Source of the DNA: a virus
Reading direction: 5' to 3' (one strand)
DNA: 64,000 nucleotides
IMG/VR virus record: IMGVR_UViG_3300036851_000360
Span: 8,181 to 72,180 of that record
Shown here: piece after piece, positions 27,400 to 37,524 of the stretch
Numbering within the stretch: the first letter of the stretch is position 1
How the letters are laid out: each line of letters begins with the position of its first letter
The notes under the pieces: generated by a model
What the model was told of the DNA's origin: nothing
Seen by the model: the letters and a program-made list of their open reading frames with translations, nothing else
Databases searched by the model: none
Translations under genes and position numbers: made by a program

Positions 27400-30300
27400 G
27401 CCCGTTCCCTCACTCGTGCCTGCTCGTCTGCCATCTCGGGTGCGGCCAGCCACCGGGTTTGCCGTTCGGCCTCTTCCTCCGCCGCCCGCATCTCGTCGGC
27501 GCGGTCACGGTCGGTGCGCTCAAGGAGGGACTCGCGGGCTCGTCTCACCGAGTCCGCCACCGCATCCGCTGCCGGCACTTCCCGCCGGATGCGTGGGTCG
27601 TGTTCCGTCGGATCCGCGATCGCAACGTCGCGGATGTCCGCCACAGCTGTCTCGAGGGGCTTCCGCGGCACGGGCAGTTCATGGACGTGCTCGCCGACGA
27701 GATCTTCCTCGTGGATCGGGCGGCGTTCATCGTCGGCGACCCGGTCGGCTTCCTCCGCCGCCAACCACTCCGCCATCGTGGTCCGATCCTCTGGGCGGGC
27801 CAGGTCAACTTCGCGGCGCGCCAACTCCGCCTTGGCACGCTCACCCGAATCACGGGTGCCGGCGGTGTGGAGGAACCACGCGGTCCGCTCCTTGTCTGCG
27901 ACCTCAAGGTTGAGCTTCAACTGTTCGAGCTGTGCCGCTTCCTGTTCAGCCTTGACTGCCGCCTCGAGGACCCCCCGCTTCTCGTCGCCTTCGAGGGTTT
28001 CGGCGTGCGCCCGCCACAACCCGACCTGGTTTCGACGGTCCGCCAACTGCTCGGAGGTGGCCGCGAGTTCGTCCGCGACATAGCGGGGGGCCCACAGCTG
28101 TTCCCGTTCCCATGCCGCGGCCCGGGCGAGAAGCTGCCCGTCGGACTGCATCGCCTCCTCCGGCCCGACATCCGGCAGGCCGAGAGCGTCGTGGGCGGTC
28201 GCCCAGATCGCGCGCTTCTCCGCCAGCCCTGCGGCGGGGGCAGGGCCGAGCGGGTCATGCTCGTCCGTGTACTCGGCGCCCTCCCGGGACGCGGCTGCCC
28301 AACCGGCGCGGGACTCCCACACCGCCCGCCGTAGCGGATCCTCCGGGACCGGCCCCAGTGTCTCCATCGCCCAGGGTGGACGTTCCTCCGCCACCCTTGC
28401 GCCGAGCTCGTGACGCCGCTCATCAGCCTTGTCGGCTTGTTTCTCAAGCCAACCGCGCCACACGTCGCTCACCCCGGCGGGGATGAGGTCCCGGTAGGAG
28501 GTGATCCGCGGGATCTGTTTCCCGAGGGTGTTGCGGATGCGGGCGTGCAGCACCTGCGCTGCTCTCTCAGCGCCAGCCAGGGACTTCCCTTCCAGCGCGT
28601 CGCGGAGCACGCCCTCGGGGTTGTGGCCAGAAACCTCCGCGTTGCGGAGGAGTCGCTCCACAGCGCTCATCGCCTGGTCCGCGGCCAGCGCCTCACGTTG
28701 TTCAGGGGTGATGACGCCTTCCGCGGCGAGCCGATCCAGGCGGGTTGAGGTCGCGCCGGCGGTGGCCTCGTTGATCCCAACGAGTAGCCGGTCGACGTTG
28801 CGGAAGGTGGACTGCTCGTCCTCGATGGCCTGCTCGCGCTGGGCGATCGCCCCCCGTTCCTCCTCGGCGTTCTTGAATGAGTCCGCGAGGACAGCCTTTG
28901 CGGTGCGACCCTCGACCTCCTGCGCTTCCCCGACGGGCGCGTCGGAGGCCAGCTGCTTGGTGGTGACCCACGCTGTGTTCGACTCCCGGCCGCGTGTCAT
29001 CCCCACGTAGGTGCCGGTGAGGTCGTGCCCGGTGTCGACGGTGCGGCCCTGTGCGGCGTGCAGGGTGGAGGCGTAGGCGAGGGACAGGTGCTTCTCGACG
29101 TAGCTGGCGCTCAGAGTTAGCGCGACCCCCTTGCTGGTCTCCACCCGCAGTGCCCCGTCGGCGAGGAAATGAGTCACCCGGTACGTCTGCCGGTTGATCA
29201 ACGGGAGAGGGTTACGGCCGAGGCGCCAACTGTTCTTTCGTGCCTGCACAAGGTCGCCGATCCCGGCGATGTTGCCGTCTTTGCCGAGACGTACACCGCG
29301 TTCGGACACCTTCCCCAACCGGACGAGCTCGGCCCGGAGCTGGGCGTTCACCTGGGCGGCCTGGTCGTTGCTGCGGACCAACAGCAGGGACTTTTTCCCT
29401 GCGAGGGTGTCCGCCAGCCACGCCTGCCCTGCCTTGTGCTCGGCCTGTTCGGTTGTGCCGCAGCCACGCAACCGGCCGTGCTTGTCGTACTCGTCGAGGG
29501 CTGCGACATTCCCTTCACGCCACAGCAGCGACGCCGTGCGTTCCCACTCCTCCTGGAACCGCCACACCTGCGTCAGCTCGTAGGACCGTGCCGTGCGACG
29601 GAGATCAGCGAACACCCCACCGGCCTCGACTGAACGCATCTGCCGTGCGTCGCCGACTGGCAGGAGTTTCGCCCCAACCTCCTCGCACCGCTGCACCAGA
29701 TCGGCCATGTCCCGGGTGGATGCCATCCCCGCCTCGTCCACCACGACCAGGTCACCGGCTCGCAGTTGTAGGGAGTCGTCGTTCTCGACCGCGAGGCGCC
29801 ACCGGTCGAAGTTGAACGACTCCACCCCCTCTTCAGCCATGACGTCGGCGGCGTTCTGCGAGGCGGCCAGCCCGAACGTGCGGCGGCCATGTTCGGCCCA
29901 CGCGCCCGCGATCAGCCCGACAGTTGTCGACTTGCCAGTACCGGCGGCAGCGGAGATGGTTTCCACGTAGGCGCCGGAGGTGAGGACGCCGCAGATCGCG
30001 GCCTCCTTGTCCGCCCCCAACGTCTCGTCCGCCGCCTCGTTGTAGCGGCGGATGAACGCATCCACCTGCGCCTGGCTCAGCTTCGCCGCCCCAGTCCTGA
30101 CAGCTGCCTGCTCAGCGATCCGCTCCTCGGCGATCTGCCCGACTGTGGCGAACTGGGCGGAACCGGGACGCTGGAACGCGGACAGATCACCGGCCAACCG
30201 GAACTCGGCTGGCAGGCCGTCAACCGACTCTTTGGCGACAACGACCTTGGCTTCGGCGAGGGCCTTGTCGGCGAGCCGCTCCAACATCGCGGGGATGTCA

Positions 30301-31619
30301 CCGGCGGGGACACCGAGGTTCGCGGGGAGCGCACCCGAGATCGCGAAGATCAGATCGGAGCGGGTCCACACGTGCTCGTTTTTCCCGACTTCCCACAACG
30401 CCGCCTTGATCACCTGAGAGGGGGAGACTTCATCCGCCCGCCCTTGCCCCTTCAGCGCGAGGACGTCGTGGGCGACCTGCTCCAACCCGCCCACCATCTT
30501 CGTGCGGGCCTCACGCTCCCACCGGTCCAACCGCTGTTCCGCGGTCTCCCCGGTGTGCGACTTCCCCTTCCTCGTCAACAGGGTGGCGCGTTCGGCGATG
30601 TACTGCCGCTCCAACGGCGACACGGACCGGCCGTGCTGCTCCTCGTACTCGCGGATCAACTGCTCCGTCTTCGCGGTGACCGCGTGGGACCGCTTCGAAA
30701 ACAGGTCCATGAGCTGCTGCGGCACACCCGCGATCTCGCGGATGATCCCGTCCTTGCGGGCGTCGCGGGTCACAAACCGGACCCCCAACGTGCGGGCGAG
30801 CTCGGCCTCCATGACCCGCTCACCCACCGCGGCGGCAGCCCACTTGTGCAGCGTCAACGCCGCCCCGTCGACCCGGCCCCACTTCCCATCAGCGCGTTCG
30901 TGAACGTTCAGGATCGCCTGGTGCACATGCAGCTGTGGATCCCGCTCCCGGGAGTCGTGCTGCAGGAACTGGGCGACGATGAACCCCTTCTGCTCCATCC
31001 AGCGACCCGCACCGGAGGAGTGGTTCCCAACCCGGGCGTACGCGTTCGCCTCGAGGTAGTCGACACTTGCCGACGCGCCAGCCATCGCTGCGCCCTCAAC
31101 CGCGCTGAGCATGGCCCGCCACGATGCCGCCTCCTGATGACGTCCTGCACCAGCGGCGACGTTCATCGCCCGCTCGAAGGCGACCGCCAGGAGGGTCACG
31201 GACTTCGGGACCGAGAAGGTGGCATCCCAGAACGCCACCGCCTGCCGCGACTCCCGCTCCGCCGCAGCCTGAAGTTCGGCTCGCCGCTCCGGGCCCGCAT
31301 CGGGCTCCTTCGCGAGCGCCTCTTTGTAAATCTCGTCCGGTGACCGGTAGCGGCGGTGGGCGGGAGCCAACGCCCGCGCCTCCGCCCACATCTCCCGGTG
31401 ATGGGTGGCCTCGTCGCGAGGGTCGAGCAGACGGGCGTAGATCGCCTCCATCAGATCGGAGTTGACCTCGCCCGCCAGCCCGAGAGCCTGGGCGCCCCGC
31501 CCATGCCAGCCGCCGGGCGGTTCACCCGCGGCTACGGCACCCGTGTAGTAGCCCTCCCGCCCGGTCGACACCGGTCCGGTCAGGTACCCCACCGAGTAGC
31601 CCTTGGTCACCTTGAACAC
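27396..31619 (-). CDS. mobF: MOBF (TrwC-like) conjugative relaxase with RecD-like helicase domain
   Basis: N-terminal Tyr residues (GYL, GYY), 'DATFSVPKSV', HUH 'HDSR..DPQLHVH', 'FSKRS', Walker A 'AAGTGKS', 'DEAGM', 'VGD.RQ', 'AYASTLHAAQGRTVD'. Confidence 0.95.
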   Translation of the reverse strand: MFKVTKGYSVGYLTGPVSTGREGYYTGAVAAGEPPGGWHGRGAQALGLAGEVNSDLMEAIYARLLDPRDEATHHREMWAEARALAPAHRRYRSPDEIYKEALAKEPDAGPERRAELQAAAERESRQAVAFWDATFSVPKSVTLLAVAFERAMNVAAGAGRHQEAASWRAMLSAVEGAAMAGASASVDYLEANAYARVGNHSSGAGRWMEQKGFIVAQFLQHDSRERDPQLHVHQAILNVHERADGKWGRVDGAALTLHKWAAAAVGERVMEAELARTLGVRFVTRDARKDGIIREIAGVPQQLMDLFSKRSHAVTAKTEQLIREYEEQHGRSVSPLERQYIAERATLLTRKGKSHTGETAEQRLDRWEREARTKMVGGLEQVAHDVLALKGQGRADEVSPSQVIKAALWEVGKNEHVWTRSDLIFAISGALPANLGVPAGDIPAMLERLADKALAEAKVVVAKESVDGLPAEFRLAGDLSAFQRPGSAQFATVGQIAEERIAEQAAVRTGAAKLSQAQVDAFIRRYNEAADETLGADKEAAICGVLTSGAYVETISAAAGTGKSTTVGLIAGAWAEHGRRTFGLAASQNAADVMAEEGVESFNFDRWRLAVENDDSLQLRAGDLVVVDEAGMASTRDMADLVQRCEEVGAKLLPVGDARQMRSVEAGGVFADLRRTARSYELTQVWRFQEEWERTASLLWREGNVAALDEYDKHGRLRGCGTTEQAEHKAGQAWLADTLAGKKSLLLVRSNDQAAQVNAQLRAELVRLGKVSERGVRLGKDGNIAGIGDLVQARKNSWRLGRNPLPLINRQTYRVTHFLADGALRVETSKGVALTLSASYVEKHLSLAYASTLHAAQGRTVDTGHDLTGTYVGMTRGRESNTAWVTTKQLASDAPVGEAQEVEGRTAKAVLADSFKNAEEERGAIAQREQAIEDEQSTFRNVDRLLVGINEATAGATSTRLDRLAAEGVITPEQREALAADQAMSAVERLLRNAEVSGHNPEGVLRDALEGKSLAGAERAAQVLHARIRNTLGKQIPRITSYRDLIPAGVSDVWRGWLEKQADKADERRHELGARVAEERPPWAMETLGPVPEDPLRRAVWESRAGWAAASREGAEYTDEHDPLGPAPAAGLAEKRAIWATAHDALGLPDVGPEEAMQSDGQLLARAAAWEREQLWAPRYVADELAATSEQLADRRNQVGLWRAHAETLEGDEKRGVLEAAVKAEQEAAQLEQLKLNLEVADKERTAWFLHTAGTRDSGERAKAELARREVDLARPEDRTTMAEWLAAEEADRVADDERRPIHEEDLVGEHVHELPVPRKPLETAVADIRDVAIADPTEHDPRIRREVPAADAVADSVRRARESLLERTDRDRADEMRAAEEEAERQTRWLAAPEMADEQARVRERA

Positions 31620-31625
31620 TACGGT

Positions 31626-31826
31626 TCAGCTCCGCACCCGCGCGTACTGCTGCAGCCGGGCGTTCGGGGTCGCGTCGAACGTCCACGACGCCGGCGTGAG
31701 CAGCTCGCACACGTTGGCGATCGCCGCCCGGGCGGCCTGCCGCGCCATGTCGGTGCGGTAACCCATCGGGTGGGTTTGCGCCCCCCACGAGTTCGGCACC
31801 CCCCACCGCACGTATCCGTTGTCCAT
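31626..31826 (-). CDS. Hypothetical protein
   Basis: Coupled ORF just upstream of the relaxase. Confidence 0.45.
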   Translation of the reverse strand: MDNGYVRWGVPNSWGAQTHPMGYRTDMARQAARAAIANVCELLTPASWTFDATPNARLQQYARVRS

Positions 31827-32086
31827 CAGCGGGCCCGCCCGTCGGTGTTGTCCGGGCAGGCGGGCAGCCAAGAGATGACCTGCTCGGCGGTCAGGCCGAC
31901 CCGCTCAAGGGCAGCGAAATCGGCAGCGTCAGGGGTCTCGACGAAGTCGCCATACACGGCATGCCGTTGGATTCGGCCCTTCGCGTCGCCTGCGTCCGCC
32001 CACGCCCAGTTGAGTTCCTGCTCGGCGATCCGCTCGGCCCGCTCCTCGGCGGTGAGTTCGTCGTCAGGGTGGAAGTTCTCGGTCAT
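31826..32086 (-). CDS. Hypothetical protein
   Basis: ATGA overlap; acidic. Confidence 0.55.
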   Translation of the reverse strand: MTENFHPDDELTAEERAERIAEQELNWAWADAGDAKGRIQRHAVYGDFVETPDAADFAALERVGLTAEQVISWLPACPDNTDGRAR

Positions 32087-32343
32087 CGGGCCCGTCCTTC
32101 CTCGGCGGGCTGGCCGCGGTACTCGATCCACGAGGCCGTGCCGTACGGGTTCTCCGTGATCCAGTTGGCGCTGGCGTTTGCCAGCGCGTCGTCACGGTCG
32201 GCGCCGCGGATCCCGTCGTCGTGGCTGGTGCCGTTCGGCCAGTGCACGGTCACGTCGTGCCAGGGCTGGCCCTGCTGGGCCTGCCGTTCGGCGTAGGCCG
32301 CCTCGATCTCGGCCGCGATCTGCGGATCGGTCAGGTCTGCCAT
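32083..32343 (-). CDS. Hypothetical protein
   Basis: AGGAAGG RBS; first gene after the low-GC intergenic region. Confidence 0.6.
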   Translation of the reverse strand: MADLTDPQIAAEIEAAYAERQAQQGQPWHDVTVHWPNGTSHDDGIRGADRDDALANASANWITENPYGTASWIEYRGQPAEEGRAR

Positions 32344-32344
32344 G

Positions 32345-32510
32345 TGGATCTTCCTTCCTGTGTCGTTCACACCGCTGGATTGGCCAATGCATCGGTGTGG
32401 CTTCCTTCTTTGAGCTGTTATGGGATCTTGGGGACGTGTGGTGATCTTGAGTAGATGGATCTTGTGAGGTGAGTGGATCTAGATAGATAGAGATCGGTTA
32501 GAGGTTGTTC
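32345..32510. promoter_or_regulatory. Low-GC intergenic region with GATCT repeats; candidate oriT or promoter
   Basis: GGATCTT/GATCTTG/GGATCTAG recur; lies between coupling-protein and relaxase gene blocks. Confidence 0.35.
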
Positions 32511-33190
32511 TATGGCCTGCGGAGCTTGAGTTCTCGGTGCTTGCGTGCGTCCTCGAGCTGCTCGTCGGTAGGCGCCGGCGGGAGGCCGGTGGTGCTCCAC
32601 GCTTCGGCGACCGCATGGATGTGGCCGGCAAGCGGCGCCGCGAGGGGCTCCTTAGCTGCCTGACCTGCTGGTTTGTGGTCCTGAAGGCTGCACGACCCGA
32701 GGTGTTTGCGGACCCGCTCGACCAGGCGCGGCATGGACTGGTCGTGCCACATGCCCTGCGCTACCGGGTCGTCCTGCGACCCGTACGCCTTCGCGTGGTA
32801 CCGGCGCAGCCACAGGAGCTCTTCGATCAGCCAGGGGTGCCAGGCCCAGCAGGAGGGCAGTTCGTTCCCGGGATACCGCAGGTAGACGGCGTTCAGCCAC
32901 GTCTCGAGGTCGCGCAGACGCTCGTCAAGTTTCTCGGGGTCTTCACCGACCTGCAGTAGCCACGCCCGTCCGTCGTCCTTCCCTCCTGGCGCGAGGAGGG
33001 CGACGAGGCCTTCCTCGAGGTGCCGGAAGGCCTTCCACATCCCCCGGAGTTCGTCGTCCCACCCGCGTGCGTCGCCCAGTTCCTGCAGCCGGCGGGAGTG
33101 CCGGTCGAGCTCCCGCCCGATCGTCTGGGCGTCGAGCGGCTGGGTGGGCTCCTCGGGTGGGGGTCCTGCGGGAGGGTCAGTGGGTGGCAT
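32510..33190 (-). CDS. Conjugation-associated hypothetical protein (DUF4913-like)
   Basis: 'L..WL..VY...LPSCW.WHP...EEL.WL' motif; directly after the coupling protein. Confidence 0.6.
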   Translation of the reverse strand: MPPTDPPAGPPPEEPTQPLDAQTIGRELDRHSRRLQELGDARGWDDELRGMWKAFRHLEEGLVALLAPGGKDDGRAWLLQVGEDPEKLDERLRDLETWLNAVYLRYPGNELPSCWAWHPWLIEELLWLRRYHAKAYGSQDDPVAQGMWHDQSMPRLVERVRKHLGSCSLQDHKPAGQAAKEPLAAPLAGHIHAVAEAWSTTGLPPAPTDEQLEDARKHRELKLRRP

Positions 33191-35021
33191 TGGTCAGCTC
33201 CCGGTCGGGTGCGGCACCCACGGGTACAGGTGTCTGTGGGTGGGTGGGTGCTGGGAGGTCGATGGGTGCGGGTGCCGGGAGCGCAACGGGGTGGGTGACC
33301 AGGTGGGTGGGAGATGGCCGGGAGAACACCCGGCGGGCACCCACACCCACGAGGCGGGTGAGAACCGATGGGTGTCGCTTCCACACGGGGATGACCCGCC
33401 CGATCACGATGGGCATGTCGCCCGTGTAGACGATGGCCTTCCACTTCGGGAGGCTCGCCAGTTGTCCCACGGACAGCACAGGCGCTTTGCGCACGGACGT
33501 GGAGGTGATGTCGCCGTCGCCGTTGCGGGTGACGACGGTTTCGTCGCGGTCGCCGGCGAGGTCGGAGAAGGCCTTCAGGCCACCGACGGCTTTGTTGCCG
33601 CCGATGTACATGAGCACGTTGGAGTTGTTGATGAGCCGCTCGGCTCCGGCCTCGCCGTACTTCGCGATCATGTCGGCGTAGGACTGGAACACCGGCATCA
33701 GCTGGATGCCGGAGCCGCCGAAGTCTCCGGACCAGTCGGGCAGCGGGACGGGGCAGACCCGGGCGGCCTCGTCGAGCGGGAACCGGATCGGCGGGTCGAG
33801 CCGCCCCCGGCACGCCCCCTCAAACGACGGCAGCGCTGCGAGACGGCGGGCTTCGCGGGCGATATACCCGGTCAGCGCTTGCAGCAGCGGAGCAGTGTTC
33901 GCCTCATGCCTGCCCAACAAATACACGGTGCCCTTGCCGCGGATCAGTTCGGCAACGTTGAACGGGGCGGCCCCCTTGGTGGAGGCGGCCGCCGCCGGCG
34001 AGTGGAGCCACTGCAGTGCGGGCAAGATCCCGGTGGTGATGCTCGAGCGGGTGGTCGGGTTCAGGCCGATGAACTGATCGACGGCGGGCCGGAACGACGG
34101 GACCGGGGACGCCTGGAGAAGTTCATGTACCTCATCGCCGATGTGGTCGGGATTCGCGACCCAGCGGAGGATGTCGTGGCAGTCCCGGGTGCCCTCGGAC
34201 AGGCCGGCGGCGTGGAGGAACGCGGCGAACACCCGCCGGGACTGGGCATCCCAGTCCGCCGAGTCTCCGCGTACACCCTCCCGCTCGGGGATCATGTCTG
34301 CGGCCCGGTCGATCGCCACCGTGGGGTCGTCGCACCCGTGGACGGGGTCGAAGCTGATCGTGGAGTCGACTTCACCCACCCAGGCCGGGTTGTACACCCA
34401 GATGGGACCCGTCTTCGCCCGCAGCTCCCGGGTCTGGTCGTAGAGGTCGGTGCGGGTGGAGGTGGTGACTACGGCCCCGGGGGCGTCGATGACGGGGGTT
34501 CCGAGGAGGGCGGTCTTGCCTCGGCGGGGGCCCGCGACGATGAGTACGACGTCTTCGGCCGAAGCCCACACCCGCATCCCGGCCGCCCGACACAGCAGCA
34601 CACCCAGCTCCCGGGTGGGTGTGCGCCACCGCTTCACCCACCCGGCATCCCGTAGGTGCGGGCGGACAGCGCGGGCCTTGCGGTGCATCGCCCACCAGGA
34701 GGTGCCGCGGGCGACCTGTAAGGGGGTGGCGACGCCCGAGCGCCGGCGGGCCTTCTCGCCCCACCGGGTGACGGTGCGGGCCGTCCCGCCGCGCCACCAC
34801 ACCACCCCCGCCACGCAGGCGACGCCTGCAATGGTGAGGACACCGGCGAGGGTGAGAGCCCCATGGCTCATGTACAGCCACGCGGAGACGCCGACACCGC
34901 CGCCGATGCCGACCTTGCGGGAACTGCCGGCCAGACCGCGCTTGAGCTTGCGGATCCAGTCGCCCACGAAGATGGCGGCGGCCACACCTGCGGTGACGAG
35001 GACGACGAACTCGGCGGTCAC
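33177..35021 (-). CDS. Type IV coupling protein (VirD4/TraD/TraG-like)
   Basis: N-terminal transmembrane segments; 'GPRRGKT', 'GAVVTTSTRTD', 'FDP..GC', 'GTVYLLG', 'LDEAA..CP.PLP.W..D.GG.GI', 'QS'. Confidence 0.9.
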   Translation of the reverse strand: MTAEFVVLVTAGVAAAIFVGDWIRKLKRGLAGSSRKVGIGGGVGVSAWLYMSHGALTLAGVLTIAGVACVAGVVWWRGGTARTVTRWGEKARRRSGVATPLQVARGTSWWAMHRKARAVRPHLRDAGWVKRWRTPTRELGVLLCRAAGMRVWASAEDVVLIVAGPRRGKTALLGTPVIDAPGAVVTTSTRTDLYDQTRELRAKTGPIWVYNPAWVGEVDSTISFDPVHGCDDPTVAIDRAADMIPEREGVRGDSADWDAQSRRVFAAFLHAAGLSEGTRDCHDILRWVANPDHIGDEVHELLQASPVPSFRPAVDQFIGLNPTTRSSITTGILPALQWLHSPAAAASTKGAAPFNVAELIRGKGTVYLLGRHEANTAPLLQALTGYIAREARRLAALPSFEGACRGRLDPPIRFPLDEAARVCPVPLPDWSGDFGGSGIQLMPVFQSYADMIAKYGEAGAERLINNSNVLMYIGGNKAVGGLKAFSDLAGDRDETVVTRNGDGDITSTSVRKAPVLSVGQLASLPKWKAIVYTGDMPIVIGRVIPVWKRHPSVLTRLVGVGARRVFSRPSPTHLVTHPVALPAPAPIDLPAPTHPQTPVPVGAAPDRELTNATH

Positions 35022-35272
35022 GACCGCGCCCCTGCCCGCTGGCTGTAGGTGTGGCGCAACTCCAGGGACGTCCCGAACGCGCAGATGAGCGCGAAGATCC
35101 ATGACTGCGGTGTCGCGTAGACGAGGACCGCACCCAGCGCGAGCGTGGACGCCCCCATGAACCCGGCGCTGAGGGCGCCTGCCGGGATGCTGATCCAGCT
35201 ACGGGTGGTCACCCGGGAGATGACGGAGAGGCCGACCGACAGAGCGAAGTACGAGAGCAGAAGGCTGATCAT
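35018..35272 (-). CDS. Small membrane protein
   Basis: About three hydrophobic segments; overlap-coupled. Confidence 0.65.
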   Translation of the reverse strand: MISLLLSYFALSVGLSVISRVTTRSWISIPAGALSAGFMGASTLALGAVLVYATPQSWIFALICAFGTSLELRHTYSQRAGARS

Positions 35273-36180
35273 GCGGGCTGGTGTCCGTTCACGGAGAGGC
35301 TCTTCACGAGCTGCTTGGCGGTGTGCTCGGTGACGCCGAGCTTCTTCTGGAGGACGACACGACCGGCACCACCGGCGATGAGTTCGCGGGCCTTGTCGAG
35401 GTCAATGTCCCGTGGGGGTGCGACCGGACCTCGTGACGAGGTCTCCTTGCCTCGCGACGAAGTACCATCCGGTGTCGTCGTAGCCCGGGGTGCGGTCTGC
35501 CAGCGCAGCGACAGGCCGTTGTCGTCGACCTGGGAGAGATCGGGAACGACGACGTCCTCAACCCGCTCGAGCGCGGGGACGTCGACCCGGCCAACGGTGT
35601 GAGCGTCCTGTCGCCGTGCCCGCTCGACCCGGTACGACTCCCATGCTTCACGCGGGTCGGTGATGCCCTGGTCGATGGACCAGCGGCGGGCACCCAACGT
35701 GCGCCACGGGAAGTGCCGCCACCGCTCGGCCGAGAACAGGGCCCCGGTGTCGTCGAGGCGGCCTTCGACGCTCAGCTGAATGTGGTGGGCGCGGCGGGTG
35801 TGCAAGCCCCACAGCCAGGGGCTGGACAGGGAGAACAGGGCGAACATGACCGCTGCCGGGCTGGGTGCCCAGCCGGTGGAGAAGTGGCTGTAGTTGACGG
35901 CGGCGGCCACACCTGCGAGGAGGTAGGACCAGCGCCGATACTTGGCGGCGGTGGCGGTGTCCTTCCGTAGGAGGGCGTCGTGGGCGTGCCACTGCACGTA
36001 CAGGGAGATGGATTCGAACGCCGCCGCAGCCCCGCCGGCGATGACCACTGTCAGCGGGAACCAGTCCTGTCGGAACGCGTCGAGCCCGAACTGGAACTGG
36101 CCGTAGACGGCGAAGCAGGTGACGAGGGAGATTGGGGCGACGGTCCGCCAGGTCACGTCGTCGCTACGGCTGGTGTCCAT
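35269..36180 (-). CDS. Multi-TM membrane protein (DUF2637/Spd-like)
   Basis: Four N-terminal transmembrane segments, 'NYSH', 'RW..FP..T..ARR..I', C-terminal HTH-like tail. Confidence 0.6.
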   Translation of the reverse strand: MDTSRSDDVTWRTVAPISLVTCFAVYGQFQFGLDAFRQDWFPLTVVIAGGAAAAFESISLYVQWHAHDALLRKDTATAAKYRRWSYLLAGVAAAVNYSHFSTGWAPSPAAVMFALFSLSSPWLWGLHTRRAHHIQLSVEGRLDDTGALFSAERWRHFPWRTLGARRWSIDQGITDPREAWESYRVERARRQDAHTVGRVDVPALERVEDVVVPDLSQVDDNGLSLRWQTAPRATTTPDGTSSRGKETSSRGPVAPPRDIDLDKARELIAGGAGRVVLQKKLGVTEHTAKQLVKSLSVNGHQPA

Positions 36181-36473
36181 CAGGACCGGCCGTCCCTACC
36201 CCGGCCGACCCGCCGCGGGATGATGAACGCCAGGTTGACCAGGGCGATCACGAACCCCAGCAGGCCCACGGTGAACACGAACTGGGCGGCCCCGGTGGTC
36301 AGCCACAGCTCGCGCATCGGAATGCCAACCACCACGGCGGCGACAGGTGCGCCGGGGAACAGCCACAGCCCGGACTCCTTGAAGTCGGAGTGCCGTGGGG
36401 GCAGGTCGAGCCGAGGCAGCGGCTGGGTGGGCTGCTCTGAGCGGGGGGCAGCCTCGTGGGCTGGGGCGCTCAT
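36180..36473 (-). CDS. Small two-TM membrane protein
   Basis: Two hydrophobic segments; coupled. Confidence 0.55.
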   Translation of the reverse strand: MSAPAHEAAPRSEQPTQPLPRLDLPPRHSDFKESGLWLFPGAPVAAVVVGIPMRELWLTTGAAQFVFTVGLLGFVIALVNLAFIIPRRVGRGRDGRS

Positions 36474-36688
36474 CGGGCCCACCCCTCGACCACGTCGGCG
36501 GCCTCGGCCTCCCACGTGGCGTCCAACCCGTCTCGGGCGAACTGCGAGAGGCCCCCGTCGTAGTGCCGCTCGACACCGCGCAGGATCTCCGTGTCGGACA
36601 TCTCCAGGATGTCCTCGGGGTTTTCCTTCCAGCTGCAGTCGAGGACCCAGTCGCGGGCGGCCTGAACGAACTCGGGGTGGCTGCTCAT
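36470..36688 (-). CDS. Hypothetical protein
   Basis: 'ARDWVLDC.W...VERHYDGGL..F'; ATGA overlaps. Confidence 0.6.
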   Translation of the reverse strand: MSSHPEFVQAARDWVLDCSWKENPEDILEMSDTEILRGVERHYDGGLSQFARDGLDATWEAEAADVVEGWAR

Positions 36689-36984
36689 CGGGCCCGCCCC
36701 TCGGCGAACCGGCCGGTGGTGAACACGGCGGCCTGCGCGTCCCACGCCTGGTGGGGGTGTTCGACCTGGGCGTGTTCTCGGATCGTGGCCTGATTGCGCT
36801 GGCCTGCGATGGCCGCCAGGCGGTCGTAAAACTGGCTGAGGGTCGCGAAGTACGGGCGGCCGAGGTCGGCTCGGCTACGGTCGGCATGCCAGGCATCGCC
36901 GCGGGTGCCGAGGTCGCGCCACAGGTCGGTGAGGGACCTGCTGTCCGGCGTGGTGCCGGTATCGGGTGGGCTGTCAGACTGCAC
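36685..36984 (-). CDS. Hypothetical protein
   Basis: AAGGA RBS; coupled. Confidence 0.5.
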   Translation of the reverse strand: MQSDSPPDTGTTPDSRSLTDLWRDLGTRGDAWHADRSRADLGRPYFATLSQFYDRLAAIAGQRNQATIREHAQVEHPHQAWDAQAAVFTTGRFAEGRAR

Positions 36985-37234
36985 GTGCCTGTTCCTTCCT
37001 GGGAGGTTGGTTCGGGTAGGGCCCCGGCGGGAGTTGCAGCTCCGTGCCGGGGCCGTCTTCACCGGGCGGCCGCATCCTCAGGTGCTGGTGCGACGGACTT
37101 CCAAATGCTGGCCAGCTGCTGGGCGTCACCCCGCTGATACGCGGCCTCCGCGGAGGCGAACAGTTCGTCCGCGCACGTGAACCGGTGCGACCCGGCAACC
37201 GCCTTGATCCGCGCGAGGAGGGTTTCGAGGTCGG

Positions 37235-37417
37235 TCACCGGGTCACCGCCGTGGGGCGGGCCAGGAACACCGTCACGTCACCGCTGTTGCGGAGCTGCGT
37301 CAGCAACGTCAGCAGGCACACCCAGCAGATCTGGCCGGCGCCGACCTCGTCGACGGTTGGGATGAGGGCACGGTCCCGGCCGGCACGTTTACCGCAGGTG
37401 GAGCAGGTGTTCGCCAT
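37235..37417 (-). CDS. Small Zn-finger protein
   Basis: CxxC...CxxC; GAGGAG RBS. Confidence 0.55.
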   Translation of the reverse strand: MANTCSTCGKRAGRDRALIPTVDEVGAGQICWVCLLTLLTQLRNSGDVTVFLARPTAVTR

Positions 37418-37524
37418 GCCAGGTCTCCTCACTGGGTCAACCGATCGTGTTGCCTACCCTCCCAGATCTGTGCAATCTTTGCAAGGTGTTCGTCCTCTGT
37501 GTGGTGTGTGGGAGGGTTGGGTGG

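Noticed and set aside
37020-37056. Hairpin containing GGGAGTTGCAGCTCC as a tRNA or defined ncRNA
   Set aside because: No cloverleaf can be built; only a stem-loop of unknown role
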